Part shown: positions 8,562 to 17,862 of the stretch, in pieces | How positions within the stretch are numbered: position 1 is the first letter of the stretch | Layout of the letters: every line of letters starts with the position of its first letter | DNA from: a virus | Lineage: Duplodnaviria > Caudoviricetes | Virus record (IMG/VR): IMGVR_UViG_3300037963_003349 | Span: 1-50,035 of that record | Direction: 5' to 3' (one strand) | Length of the DNA: 50,035 bases | The notes under the pieces: model-generated | Seen by the model: only the letters and a program-made list of their open reading frames with translations | Databases searched by the model: none | What the model was told of the DNA's origin: nothing | Program-made: the position numbers and the translations under genes

Positions 8562-8734
8562 ATTAAGACGAGGGCTGACTTAGTATAAAGCCTTAATCCA
8601 TCTCCGTTTCATTCGTAGGTCTACGCTTATAAAATGGGAACAGAATGGTGTCCGTTTGCCTGACAGCCTATAACTAGTATGTCTTTATACACACCAGCCC
8701 TTTGATTCATCGACTTGCCGAGTCTAGTCTTAAT
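8562..8734 (-). ncRNA. Candidate structured intergenic RNA
   Basis: Nested inverted repeats ATTAAGAC/GTCTTAAT, AGGGCTGG/TCAGCCCT (G-U on - strand) and GTATAAAG/CTTTATAC fill the whole gap. Confidence 0.45.
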
Positions 8735-8742
8735 AGTTATTT

Positions 8743-9135
8743 TTAGTTGTATTCAAATACTTCAAACTTTTCCTTCATAAATTCTTTTATACTGTCATTT
8801 AATTCTTCTAACTCTACATCGGATAAATAGTGAACCAATTCGTCTCTCATTGTACTAATATCTCTTTCTACAACTTCTGGCTTTTTATCAGGGTATGTAG
8901 TAACAGATTCAACATATTTACATTTATTACATACAGGTTTATGACCATTGTTTTCTGTATGGCTATGTTCATTAAATACTCTATCCTCAACTATTCTAAT
9001 CCATCCAAATAGATATGTTTTTACTGTTTCTGATTTTATCCTTTCTTTAACAATATTTGCAGTATGGTCTATGTATGAACTACATGTTGCTAAAGCATTT
9101 TTGCCAAATAATCGGCATATAAAACATCTTGCCAT
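8743..9135 (-). CDS. Hypothetical Cys-containing protein
   Basis: 130-aa ORF with AAGGAG RBS; CxxC pairs at both ends of the N-terminal domain. Confidence 0.75.
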   Translation of the reverse strand: MARCFICRLFGKNALATCSSYIDHTANIVKERIKSETVKTYLFGWIRIVEDRVFNEHSHTENNGHKPVCNKCKYVESVTTYPDKKPEVVERDISTMRDELVHYLSDVELEELNDSIKEFMKEKFEVFEYN

Positions 9136-9245
9136 TTATTGCTCCTTTTTAAGGTTATGTGGGACAACTATCCGAGGTAAGGAAGTTTGCGGAATCCTAA
9201 TTATAAGTTGCCCCACTGAAGTTTAATTATGTGTAGTTTGCATCT

Positions 9246-9362
9246 TTATAAGTTTACACATATGAGTAATAACATCCAAACAAATGTCATAAATAAGAAA
9301 CCTAGCAGGTCTTTTATAAACTCGATTCGTTTCTTTCTTTTATGTTTTTGTATAGCATTCAT
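9246..9362 (-). CDS. 38-aa basic/hydrophobic membrane peptide
   Basis: Hand-read MNAIQKHKRKKRIEFIKDLLGFLFMTFVWMLLLICVNL; AAAGGAG RBS. Confidence 0.6.
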   Translation of the reverse strand: MNAIQKHKRKKRIEFIKDLLGFLFMTFVWMLLLICVNL

Positions 9363-9578
9363 TTGCATCTCCTTTATGAATTATTACCAAGAGAAGGCTA
9401 TCAGCAAGGTATACCTTTGACAGCGTCCATTTTATAATTTGCTAAGAAGGTGTACTAAACCCACTACAAATGAGGTAACGACTCTTGGTTTTTGATAAGT
9501 GCTACTTATCTGAAATTTTTCCAAGGGCGTTGGTCTGCGTTTAAAGTCTAAACTGCGCAGGAAAAGACTCCCTTGGAT

Positions 9579-9719
9579 TTAACAATTATAAAAGATCGCA
9601 TACAGTTGTTTTCTACTCATCTTATTGTAGCGACTTTTTGGTTGTTTAAATCTTTTACTAGCCCATTCTACAAGCTCGTATTTACGCTTATATGGACAGT
9701 ATTTACCGATACGGTGCAT
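9579..9719 (-). CDS. 46-aa basic hypothetical protein
   Basis: Hand-read MHRIGKYCPYKRKYELVEWASKRFKQPKSRYNKMSRKQLYAIFYNC; GAGG RBS. Confidence 0.6.
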   Translation of the reverse strand: MHRIGKYCPYKRKYELVEWASKRFKQPKSRYNKMSRKQLYAIFYNC

Positions 9720-9750
9720 GATACCTCACTTTTTGGATTGAGAGGATTAT

Positions 9751-9788
9751 TAAAAAGATCCTGCCCCAATCACATGGACTGAGGCAGG
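9751..9788 (-). terminator. Putative intrinsic terminator after the first early gene
   Basis: 12-bp stem CCTGCCTCAGTC/GATTGGGGCAGG followed by ATCTTTTT on the - strand. Confidence 0.55.
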
Positions 9789-9802
9789 GGTTTGTGGAAA
9801 GG

Positions 9803-10222
9803 TTATCGGGTAGGTTGGAAAGATGCCCAAAGCTTATCTGCCATCTCAGCATTCTCTTGGACAGAGGGACGCAGACTGGCCTTTCTATATGCCTGCCAGC
9901 ACTGAGCTTTCTCATTGAATCTGATGTCGCCTTTGAACTGCAGACGGTTGTACCAGTCTGTTAGCTCATCTCTGGCCTCATCAGAAGTACGGTTGTTTAT
10001 GAAAGAGGATATCGCTACGCATTTCGTATTGATAGCCTTTGCCATGTTGATAGCACCCTCAACACCTGCAGTAGCTTGTTTCATCAAATCAGATGCTGTC
10101 TCAAGGCCAAACTTCTTAGCCTTAAAGGATTTCAATCCATTCTTAGTTTCTCTAGAGAATGTAATACCAGACTTAGATGTATTCTTACTGGTTGCAGGTT
10201 GTATGGTTGTATTGTCATTCAT
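9803..10222 (-). CDS. Hypothetical protein, first gene of the early (-) module
   Basis: 139 aa from ATG 10222 (AAGGA RBS); noticeably more GC-rich than its neighbours. Confidence 0.7.
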   Translation of the reverse strand: MNDNTTIQPATSKNTSKSGITFSRETKNGLKSFKAKKFGLETASDLMKQATAGVEGAINMAKAINTKCVAISSFINNRTSDEARDELTDWYNRLQFKGDIRFNEKAQCWQAYRKASLRPSVQENAEMADKLWASFQPTR

Positions 10223-10288
10223 CTTATCATTCCTTATAAGTTTAATAATTAAGTGGGCATTGTTGCCCACTACGACGAGGGGGACGGG

Positions 10289-10358
10289 CCCCTTAGTTCC
10301 CAGGGTTGCAATTCAATTTCTCAACCTAATTGGCAAGGGTGCAACCCTAACTAAGGGG
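10289..10358. repeat. Nested inverted repeat at the early/late divergence point
   Basis: CCCCTTAGTT/AACTAAGGGG (10 bp) enclosing AGGGTTGCA/TGCAACCCT (9 bp). Confidence 0.8.
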
Positions 10359-10407
10359 GGATGGGGTATGTATATATCTCCCACACGCATTCTACACCTA
10401 TTTTTTC

Positions 10408-10442
10408 AAGCGTAGCTAATTCTATACAGCAATGTGTAGTTT
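10408..10442 (+). promoter_or_regulatory. Candidate late promoter, copy 1
   Basis: AAGCGTAGCTAATT with TAGTTT 29 nt from the motif start; same architecture at 13267. Confidence 0.45.
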
Positions 10443-10447
10443 CAACC

Positions 10448-10678
10448 ATGAGTATGCCAAAGAAATTCTTCGATCCAGTAGTAAAGGCCTTCCTGGTATG
10501 GAACGAAGAGAAAGAAAAGTGGGAGCCAGAAGAGGTGGATAGCAGTAATGTTGATGATTTGCTATATATGACGGACTACGTGACTGCTGAAATACAGATT
10601 GAAAATGCAATTGAAAGGCAAATAGTAGATAAAGTACTAGAAAGTGAAAAAATTTTTAAAAATAAGTTGCAAAACTGA
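10448..10678 (+). CDS. Hypothetical protein, first late gene
   Basis: 76 aa from ATG 10448 (ORF track extends it to 10361). Confidence 0.65.
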   Translation: MSMPKKFFDPVVKAFLVWNEEKEKWEPEEVDSSNVDDLLYMTDYVTAEIQIENAIERQIVDKVLESEKIFKNKLQN

Positions 10679-10696
10679 TCCGCTTGTTGTTTTTTA

Positions 10697-10789
10697 TACA
10701 GTATATAAGCTGTACAGTATAAATACAGTACAGTTAAGTAACTGTATTATATCTCTAAGGAGATATAATACTGCAGTATCGATACTGTA
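10697..10789. repeat. Cluster of TACAGT/ACTGTA repeats with a 12-bp hairpin (candidate ori or pac site)
   Basis: TACAGT at 10697, 10713, 10724, 10729; ACTGTA at 10741 and 10784; GTATTATATCTC/GAGATATAATAC hairpin at 10744-10771. Confidence 0.65.
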
Positions 10790-11545
10790 GTGGAATTCCT
10801 TACTCGAAAGCTAAAGGTCAACAAATATATGGATGTGACCTACCCTATTTACACAAAGGAAGAAGCATTAGATCGTGATATTAGTTACAAACCATGGCAG
10901 AATTGCAATAAAGGGGAATATGGCATTTCCGATGATGGCTACATAGCTGAATGTGTAAAGCGTACCAAGTACAAAAAACAGACGGAAATCCAATTTCCAT
11001 TTGGTAGGGCATGGATTAATGGCAGTGCAAAGCTATTGTACGAACCAAGAAGAGATACAGGCAACTACGATGGGGTTTCTACCAAGTCTTACGAAGAAAT
11101 AGAGAGTAGAAAGACTCGTACCAAGAATACAGTAGATGTATATGTACGTATGTTGCTTAATGGTGGGCCTATCGATTGGATTCAACTAGGCAAAACCTAC
11201 CGTAAAGACCAAAAACGTCCAGACTTAACAGCAAAAAGACTATTTAAATCAGAAAAGGTAAAGCATATGGTGGATAAACGTATAGATGAAGCATTAAAGG
11301 AACGTGGTATCAACGAAGGAGAGGTCTTAGACGTAATTGCAGATGCGATTGCAATAGCCAAAGAGAAAAAAGATCCTTCTAATATGCTAAAAGGTGCAGA
11401 AACTTTTGTACGAATCCTAGATATGCTACCCAAAAAGGCAGTACAAACCGATACCATGCAAATTGATATGACCAATCAAATCTTAAACGACATTGAAAAA
11501 GAAGAAAAACGCTTAAAGCTGGAGCAAAAGAAGGAGTTGGTCTAA
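10790..11545 (+). CDS. Probable terminase small subunit
   Basis: Upstream of terL. The C-terminal half has a TerS-like pattern (AKRLFKSEKVKHMVD...EVLDVIADAIAIAKEKKD). Confidence 0.55.
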   Translation: MEFLTRKLKVNKYMDVTYPIYTKEEALDRDISYKPWQNCNKGEYGISDDGYIAECVKRTKYKKQTEIQFPFGRAWINGSAKLLYEPRRDTGNYDGVSTKSYEEIESRKTRTKNTVDVYVRMLLNGGPIDWIQLGKTYRKDQKRPDLTAKRLFKSEKVKHMVDKRIDEALKERGINEGEVLDVIADAIAIAKEKKDPSNMLKGAETFVRILDMLPKKAVQTDTMQIDMTNQILNDIEKEEKRLKLEQKKELV

Positions 11546-11734
11546 ATGAAGTTTGAAATCATACCTGATGCACGTGATAAACGCCCTATTTGGTACAAAA
11601 AACGCATTATTCTTAAATATGTGGATGATGAACAGATTGAATTATTTCTTGAGGTTTTAAAGGCAATTGCGGAGGAAAATGGTATCAAGGTTGAAAACGG
11701 AGATATAGACTATATGCTTGGTGCTGATTATTAG
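11546..11734 (+). CDS. Hypothetical protein
   Basis: 62-aa ORF, AAGGAG RBS. Confidence 0.6.
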   Translation: MKFEIIPDARDKRPIWYKKRIILKYVDDEQIELFLEVLKAIAEENGIKVENGDIDYMLGADY

Positions 11735-11773
11735 CTTTATTCTTACACGTAGCCCGTTAGGTAAAAACACAAA

Positions 11774-13267
11774 TTGAAGAAGAACGCTAATAACAAAGCC
11801 ATTTTAGAAAAACTTCGTAGGGATATGGTCTTATTTGGTAAGATTGTTATGCCTCAGATGTTTTCTGTACCTAGTCCGAAGTTTCATTATACTATTGCAG
11901 ATGATCTAATGGACAAAGAAAAGAAGCAGATTAACATTATTGCTCCAAGAGGTCATGCCAAAAGTTCTATTGTAGGTGGTGTATTCCCTTTATACCATCT
12001 CATGTTTGATAAAGGACAAAAATTGATTGTTCTTGTCTCTAGAACGCAAGACCATGCAGTTAAACTCCTTGGAACGATAAAAGACACCATAGACTATTCA
12101 GAACAATTTCGTCAATTGTTTGGCTATTGGGGTCAGCACAGCGCAAGGAGTTGGGCAAAAGCAGAAGTAGAATTAAAAGATGGTTCTATGATTATCTGCA
12201 AAGGTACAGGTCAGCAGTTACGTGGTATCAAAGTAGGAAACCAAAGACCTACGCTGATTATTGTAGATGACCCTGAAGATGAAAACAATACCAAAACAGC
12301 AGAAGCAATGGAGCATAATCTACGTTGGTTATTGCAATCTGCAGTTCCTTCTGTAGATCCTTTAAAAGGTCGTATTATTATTATTGGAACTCCACAACAC
12401 CAACGATGTATGGTAGAAACCTTAAAAGTGATGAAAGGATGGGAGAATAAGGTATTTACCCCTAGTTTGGAAAAAAAGAGGTCATTGTGGGAAGAATGGT
12501 GGCCGATAAAAAAATTAATAGCAAAAAAAGAAGAACTAGAGTCTATCAATCGTTTATCTGTATTCTATCGTGAGTATATGTGTGAAATTGTAGGAGATGA
12601 AGATCAGCTATTTAAAAAAGAAGATATTCAGTATTACGATGGAAAGTTTCGATTGGATAATGATGGCAATGCTTTTCTTGATTTAAAAGAGGTAGGAGGA
12701 GAAAAAGTAAACGAAACCGTTCCTGTAAATGTATTTACTGGGGTAGATCCTGCGTCCAGTGTAAAACAAACTGCAGATTATTCGGTTATCTTTAATTTGG
12801 CAGTAGACGATAAGAATCGCAAGTTTGCATTGCCTTACTACAGAAAACATGCCAAACCGTTGGCGTTGGCAGAAGCAATTGTAGATAATTTTAGAAAATA
12901 CAAAAGTACCAAAACTCGCATTGAATCTGTGGGATATCAAGAAATGTTACGTCAATATGTGCAAATGAGATGCGATGAAGAAGGAATCTTTATTCCTGGA
13001 TTAAACATCAAAGAAAATCCTCGTACTAGCAAGTCTCATAGATTGGAAAGTTTGCAACCATCCTTTGCAAAGAAAGAAATATTTATTATGAAAAACATGC
13101 AAAACCTAGAAGATGAGATGCTTTTGTTCCCACGGGGAAAGCATGACGATCTTTTGGATGGACTGTTTTATGCTTTTAAAGGGCATTACAAACCTTTCCA
13201 TGAAGAAAAAGAAATTCCTGTACTAGGAATGAAGAGTTTTCATAAACATGATTGGCAAATAACATAA
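11774..13267 (+). CDS. terL: Terminase large subunit
   Basis: Walker A PRGHAKS, Walker B LIIVDDPE, coupling IIGTP, nuclease GVDPA...ADYS...HDDLLDGL. Confidence 0.95.
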   Translation: MKKNANNKAILEKLRRDMVLFGKIVMPQMFSVPSPKFHYTIADDLMDKEKKQINIIAPRGHAKSSIVGGVFPLYHLMFDKGQKLIVLVSRTQDHAVKLLGTIKDTIDYSEQFRQLFGYWGQHSARSWAKAEVELKDGSMIICKGTGQQLRGIKVGNQRPTLIIVDDPEDENNTKTAEAMEHNLRWLLQSAVPSVDPLKGRIIIIGTPQHQRCMVETLKVMKGWENKVFTPSLEKKRSLWEEWWPIKKLIAKKEELESINRLSVFYREYMCEIVGDEDQLFKKEDIQYYDGKFRLDNDGNAFLDLKEVGGEKVNETVPVNVFTGVDPASSVKQTADYSVIFNLAVDDKNRKFALPYYRKHAKPLALAEAIVDNFRKYKSTKTRIESVGYQEMLRQYVQMRCDEEGIFIPGLNIKENPRTSKSHRLESLQPSFAKKEIFIMKNMQNLEDEMLLFPRGKHDDLLDGLFYAFKGHYKPFHEEKEIPVLGMKSFHKHDWQIT

Positions 13268-13301
13268 AGCGTAGCCAATTGGGTTTCGCTACTTGTAAGC
13301 T
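13267..13301 (+). promoter_or_regulatory. Candidate late promoter, copy 2
   Basis: AAGCGTAGCCAATT with TAAGCT at the same 29-nt offset as copy 1. Confidence 0.45.
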
Positions 13302-13310
13302 TCACCCAGA

Positions 13311-15497
13311 ATGCCGCATACCAAAGATCCATTAGTCACTGAGTCCGAGAAACTTCTCGACCAATATCATGGCGAAAGAACCGAATGGGCAACTCAGGCA
13401 ATGGAAGATGACGAGTTTCGTAACAACCAACAATGGAAAGCATCCCACGTAACGACACTTGAACAAAGAGCGCAAAGTCCCATTGTAGATAATGTTGTAC
13501 ACCCTGCTGTTGAGCAGGCAAAAGCGCTTCTTACTGCGAACAAACCCAAATTTCAATCTACAGGAAGAGATGATAGCGATACGAAAGTAGGACGAATCTT
13601 TTCAGAGATTATGTCTTATATCTGGGATAACTCTAATGGCAATGTAGAATTGAAACAGATTGTAGATGATTATTATGTAAAAGGCATGGGGGTTATGCAG
13701 GCATATATGGATCCTATGAAAGATTTCGGTAGAGGAGAAGTTTGCTTTCATAGTGTAGATCCTTTGGATGTGTATATTGATCCGAATGCATCCGATACCT
13801 TTTGTAGAGATGCTTCCAATATTATGATTGCAAAAATATTTACAGGTTCTCAGATGGTGGATTTATATCCACAAACTGCAGAAATGATTGAAAATATGGA
13901 GCAATCCAAAAGCGACAGATATCCTGCACAGAGTAGACAAGGGCAATTGGATCAATCCATTGGCCCCATTCAAAGCGATAATTACGCTACGGATGAACGC
14001 TACTATGAAGTGATAGACAGGTATCAGAAAGTTAAACTACCGTATTACCATATAGTAGACACAGTAATCAATCAGGAGTATATTTTCAATGAAGAGGATT
14101 TTGCTGAATATACAGAACAACCTGCTATTATTATGGTAAATCAAGAAGGAACTCAATACATAACAGAAAAAAGAAGTGTAGATGAGTTAATTGCAGTATA
14201 CGAAGCTACAGGCGGTACGTATCACTACATGTTAGATATGCAAACAGGTCAGCCTACTCTAATGCCTGGGCCTGAACATGCAGAAGCTATTCCTGGTTCT
14301 CAGACAGAAATACGAATCACTCAAAAAGGATTGCTGATAGGAGAAGGCGTTATTATTTCCAATCAAGTAATGGTAGATCGAATTCGTAGGATATTATCTG
14401 CAGGGGGAATATTGCTATATGACTATATCTTGGATATAGAAGAATATCCTATTGTAACCTTGATGAATAGACACAATCGTAATCCATATCCTATGAGTGA
14501 TGTACGATTTGTAAAACCAATTCAAGAATATATCAATAAGATTACTTCTTTAATTATTGCACATGCTAGTTCTAGTACCAATACAAAGTTATTGATACCT
14601 AGAGGTTCTATGAACCGTAAACAACTAGAAGAAGAATGGTCTAGAGCAGGAACAGGAGTAATTGAATTTGATCCTGAATTAGGTACTCCCATTGTAGCAG
14701 GGCCGATTCCACTTCCCAACGAATTGTACAAAAACAGGGAAGACGCTAAACAGAGTATTTATCATATATTAGGAATACATCCATTGCAAAGCGGAGATCC
14801 ATCCGCAGCTCCTTCCACATACAAAGGAACCGTAGCAATAGATGAGTATGCCCAAAGAAGAATTAAATCCAAATTGGACGATATAGACGAAGCATTAAAT
14901 CAAATAGCAAAAGTGATTGTTCAGTTTATACAACAGACCTACACCGATCAAAAGGTAATTCGATTAATGAAGCCTGACGGACGAATGAGTGAGGTCACTA
15001 TGAATCAGCCCATCTATGACGATTTTACGAATGAAATTCTCGGTAGGATGAACGATGTTACGATTGGCAATTACGATCTAATAGTGGTGAGTGGTAGTAC
15101 GCTTCCTTCAAATAGATGGGCAAGATTTGAATATTATATGCAGTTATACCAAGCAGGCATTATCGATGCACAAGAAGTGCTAGAACAAACAGAAGTAGCA
15201 GATACAGAGGGCGTTATGCAACGAACCAGTATTATCAATCAGCAACAGCAAATGATTGCTCAGTTGGAAGAAGAATTAAAAAATACCAAAGGAGATCTGC
15301 AAACTGCACAAAGAGAATCAACTCACGATAGAAAACGTGTAGAGATCGAAAAATTTAAGACGAAGCTGAATAGTGCATCCAATAAATCACAATCAGCCGT
15401 CAATTTGTTTGAAGCAAGGCTTAACGATGAATTGCAGAAAACAAGACAAGATTTAAGACAAGATGAACAACGAAAAGAACCCATTGCTGTCTCGTAG
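13311..15497 (+). CDS. Portal protein (P22-like)
   Basis: 728 aa after terL; P22-type features (NQW...P..DN, DPLDVYIDP, VKPIQEYINK) and a C-terminal Q-rich barrel coil. Confidence 0.9.
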   Translation: MPHTKDPLVTESEKLLDQYHGERTEWATQAMEDDEFRNNQQWKASHVTTLEQRAQSPIVDNVVHPAVEQAKALLTANKPKFQSTGRDDSDTKVGRIFSEIMSYIWDNSNGNVELKQIVDDYYVKGMGVMQAYMDPMKDFGRGEVCFHSVDPLDVYIDPNASDTFCRDASNIMIAKIFTGSQMVDLYPQTAEMIENMEQSKSDRYPAQSRQGQLDQSIGPIQSDNYATDERYYEVIDRYQKVKLPYYHIVDTVINQEYIFNEEDFAEYTEQPAIIMVNQEGTQYITEKRSVDELIAVYEATGGTYHYMLDMQTGQPTLMPGPEHAEAIPGSQTEIRITQKGLLIGEGVIISNQVMVDRIRRILSAGGILLYDYILDIEEYPIVTLMNRHNRNPYPMSDVRFVKPIQEYINKITSLIIAHASSSTNTKLLIPRGSMNRKQLEEEWSRAGTGVIEFDPELGTPIVAGPIPLPNELYKNREDAKQSIYHILGIHPLQSGDPSAAPSTYKGTVAIDEYAQRRIKSKLDDIDEALNQIAKVIVQFIQQTYTDQKVIRLMKPDGRMSEVTMNQPIYDDFTNEILGRMNDVTIGNYDLIVVSGSTLPSNRWARFEYYMQLYQAGIIDAQEVLEQTEVADTEGVMQRTSIINQQQQMIAQLEEELKNTKGDLQTAQRESTHDRKRVEIEKFKTKLNSASNKSQSAVNLFEARLNDELQKTRQDLRQDEQRKEPIAVS

Positions 15498-15520
15498 ACA
15501 AATGGGTAAGGAGAAGTTAG

Positions 15521-16459
15521 ATGTCTGAAGAAACACAAAACGTGGATGCTGGTGCAGAAAACCAAGAGTATTTTGATCTTGGTGGAGAAGCTCCAATTCA
15601 AAGTGATAGTGTAGGGGAAGAACAGGCCCCCAATCCTGTTGAAAACCTGGAGGCGTTTGATAGCAATCTAGTGCCAACAGGAAATCAAAACGAAGCATCT
15701 CAAGAAAGTGCAAATGTACCGAAAGGAGATGAAGGTCGTTTTGAGTACTGGCAGAGCAGATATGACCAAAAGGCAAGTGAGTTCAGCAAATTAGAAGAAC
15801 AGCTTGGGCAATATCAAAAGATTGCGCCTATCGCTGAATACATACAGGAAAATCCGAATGTACTTCAAAATGTTGCACGATCACTTTCTGGTGATACCCA
15901 ACAGGTTCCTGCACAAGCAGAATCTGAAGGATTACCACAGAAACCACAGCGTCCAGTTAAACCTGCCAATTACGATCCATCGGAAGCTTATATGGATGTA
16001 GAAAGCGCAAGCTATAAATACAGACAAGCTATGGATGATTATAGGGATGGTATCATCGATTACACTGAACAAATGGATACATATCGTGTTAAGCAAGCTG
16101 AAGCGCAACAACAAGCTATACAGCAAAAACAAGCACAGTATCAGCAACAACGTGAAATAGATAATATGCATAACGATCTTGTAAATAAGTACGGTTATGA
16201 ACCTACAAAAGCAAAAGAGTTTATACAGTATTACAGTAGCCCTGAATCACTCAGTCTAGACAACCTTGTCCGTTTAGATAAATTGCGTTCTGCACCCTCA
16301 AAAGCCGAAGTGGAACAAAGGCAAAGAGTCGAGAGCATGAAACAGAATCAACAGAAGCTAAGTGTACCACCTCCTGCCAGTGCAGGATCTGGATATTCGG
16401 AGCCACAATTGACAGAAGAAGATGCTTTTAATCTCGGCTTGATGCGTAACAGAAAATAA
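15521..16459 (+). CDS. Capsid scaffolding protein
   Basis: Acidic N-terminus and coiled coils; lies between portal and capsid genes. Confidence 0.75.
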   Translation: MSEETQNVDAGAENQEYFDLGGEAPIQSDSVGEEQAPNPVENLEAFDSNLVPTGNQNEASQESANVPKGDEGRFEYWQSRYDQKASEFSKLEEQLGQYQKIAPIAEYIQENPNVLQNVARSLSGDTQQVPAQAESEGLPQKPQRPVKPANYDPSEAYMDVESASYKYRQAMDDYRDGIIDYTEQMDTYRVKQAEAQQQAIQQKQAQYQQQREIDNMHNDLVNKYGYEPTKAKEFIQYYSSPESLSLDNLVRLDKLRSAPSKAEVEQRQRVESMKQNQQKLSVPPPASAGSGYSEPQLTEEDAFNLGLMRNRK

Positions 16460-16536
16460 CGGTTTAACGAATTAAGCCTTAGAGCAACTCAATACAATAG
16501 AATTTGAGTCTCGAGGTTTAGGAGGGTAATAACACT

Positions 16537-17850
16537 ATGGCATCAAATGCCAAAACACTTGGATCATCGGGTGTTCTATATACGGATCGTAGAGACTTCT
16601 ACATGCGCCCTAACGTGGTTAAAGAATTATGGACAGACGTAACTCCTTTTACTACAGTCATTGCTAATCAGCAGACAATTTCGGGCATGGCAGATCCTCA
16701 GTTCAAAATGTTTGAACATAGAAACCCATGGCAAAAACAATACTTTCAAACTTCTACCAGTTCAGCGTTAGCGGCAGATAATGCGGCAGACACATGGGCA
16801 GTTACTGCAGGTTCTGTAGTAGGATTAGAAGGTGAAGGTGGAAACAACGCATATAACAGTTGGATTGGACTTGAGTGCGAAGTCTGGACAGGGTTGACCC
16901 CAGGTTCAACAAACAAAGGTGTAGTTCTTATTACTGCAGTATCAAGTAGTGGAGCTAGTGCAAACTTTAGCGTAAAAAATATGACTTCAGCTTCGCTTAC
17001 TCCTGCTTCAGGTGATTACTTGGTAGTAGTTGGTAATGCTTTTGGTGAAGGTACAGTATCTGGAACCGCTTGGAGTGATGAACTATCCGTAGTCTACAAC
17101 CAATGTCAGATTTTTAAGACACCATTGGAAATAACAGGAACCTTATTGCAGGCTTCTTTACGTGGTGAGTCTTCTGAATTGGCTAGGCTTCGTGACCAAA
17201 AATCGCAAGAACATAAGATTCAAAAAGAAAGAGCGTTCTTGTTTGGTCGTTCTCCAATACATACATCGGGTGCATTCTCAGATGATGACTTGACAGATGC
17301 AAATGGCAATCAAGTTCGTTCTACAATGGGTATTGTAGCTGCAATTGAAAAGCATGGTGCAACATCAGGATCAGATCAGAGTGTTTTCTCTATTGCTGAA
17401 TCTAGTTATGCCTATGGTGATTTTGTAGACGATATGGAAAAAGTGTTCCAGTATGTTCCTGAAGCAGGAATGAAACGTGCTTTTTGTGGGCCAGGAGCCT
17501 TAGGGTATTGGTCTAAAATGGCAGGTTCTTCTGGAATGGCAGGCAACTCAGGTTGGACAGTAAACTTAGGTGACATGAAGCGTGATGCTTTAGGTTTTAA
17601 CTATAGAATGTTAGAAACACCTCATGGTGTATTGCAGTTAATTCCAACACCTGTTCTTCGTGATGCTTATAACAAGCACATGCTTGTTGTATCAGATGAA
17701 AATCTGTTCCACGCTCAATATAGAGCGCCAAAGTTCCAAGCTAACATCAAAACAGATGATGGCTATGATGGAGTAAAGGATCAGTATATGTCTGATGAAG
17801 GCATTGGAGTAACACTCATTGAGAGTCACAAGTTATTCAAGATCAGTTAA
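16537..17850 (+). CDS. Major capsid protein
   Basis: 437 aa, strong RBS; DVTPFT, YNQCQIFKTPLEITGT and ERAFLFG as in SU10/DUF5309-type HK97-fold capsids. Confidence 0.88.
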   Translation: MASNAKTLGSSGVLYTDRRDFYMRPNVVKELWTDVTPFTTVIANQQTISGMADPQFKMFEHRNPWQKQYFQTSTSSALAADNAADTWAVTAGSVVGLEGEGGNNAYNSWIGLECEVWTGLTPGSTNKGVVLITAVSSSGASANFSVKNMTSASLTPASGDYLVVVGNAFGEGTVSGTAWSDELSVVYNQCQIFKTPLEITGTLLQASLRGESSELARLRDQKSQEHKIQKERAFLFGRSPIHTSGAFSDDDLTDANGNQVRSTMGIVAAIEKHGATSGSDQSVFSIAESSYAYGDFVDDMEKVFQYVPEAGMKRAFCGPGALGYWSKMAGSSGMAGNSGWTVNLGDMKRDALGFNYRMLETPHGVLQLIPTPVLRDAYNKHMLVVSDENLFHAQYRAPKFQANIKTDDGYDGVKDQYMSDEGIGVTLIESHKLFKIS

Positions 17851-17862
17851 GGGAGGTTACTT

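Noticed and set aside
9090-9104. 15-nt direct repeat CTAAAGCATTTTTGC, also at 47746-47760
   Set aside because: A few exact 15-mers are expected by chance in an AT-rich 50-kb genome, and this copy lies inside a CDS.
9915-10415. 166-aa + strand ORF and other antisense ORFs in the track (e.g. 7814-8131, 12211-12549, 22757-23116) plus the off-frame ORF 28243-28716
   Set aside because: They shadow better-supported genes that have RBSs and recognisable motifs.
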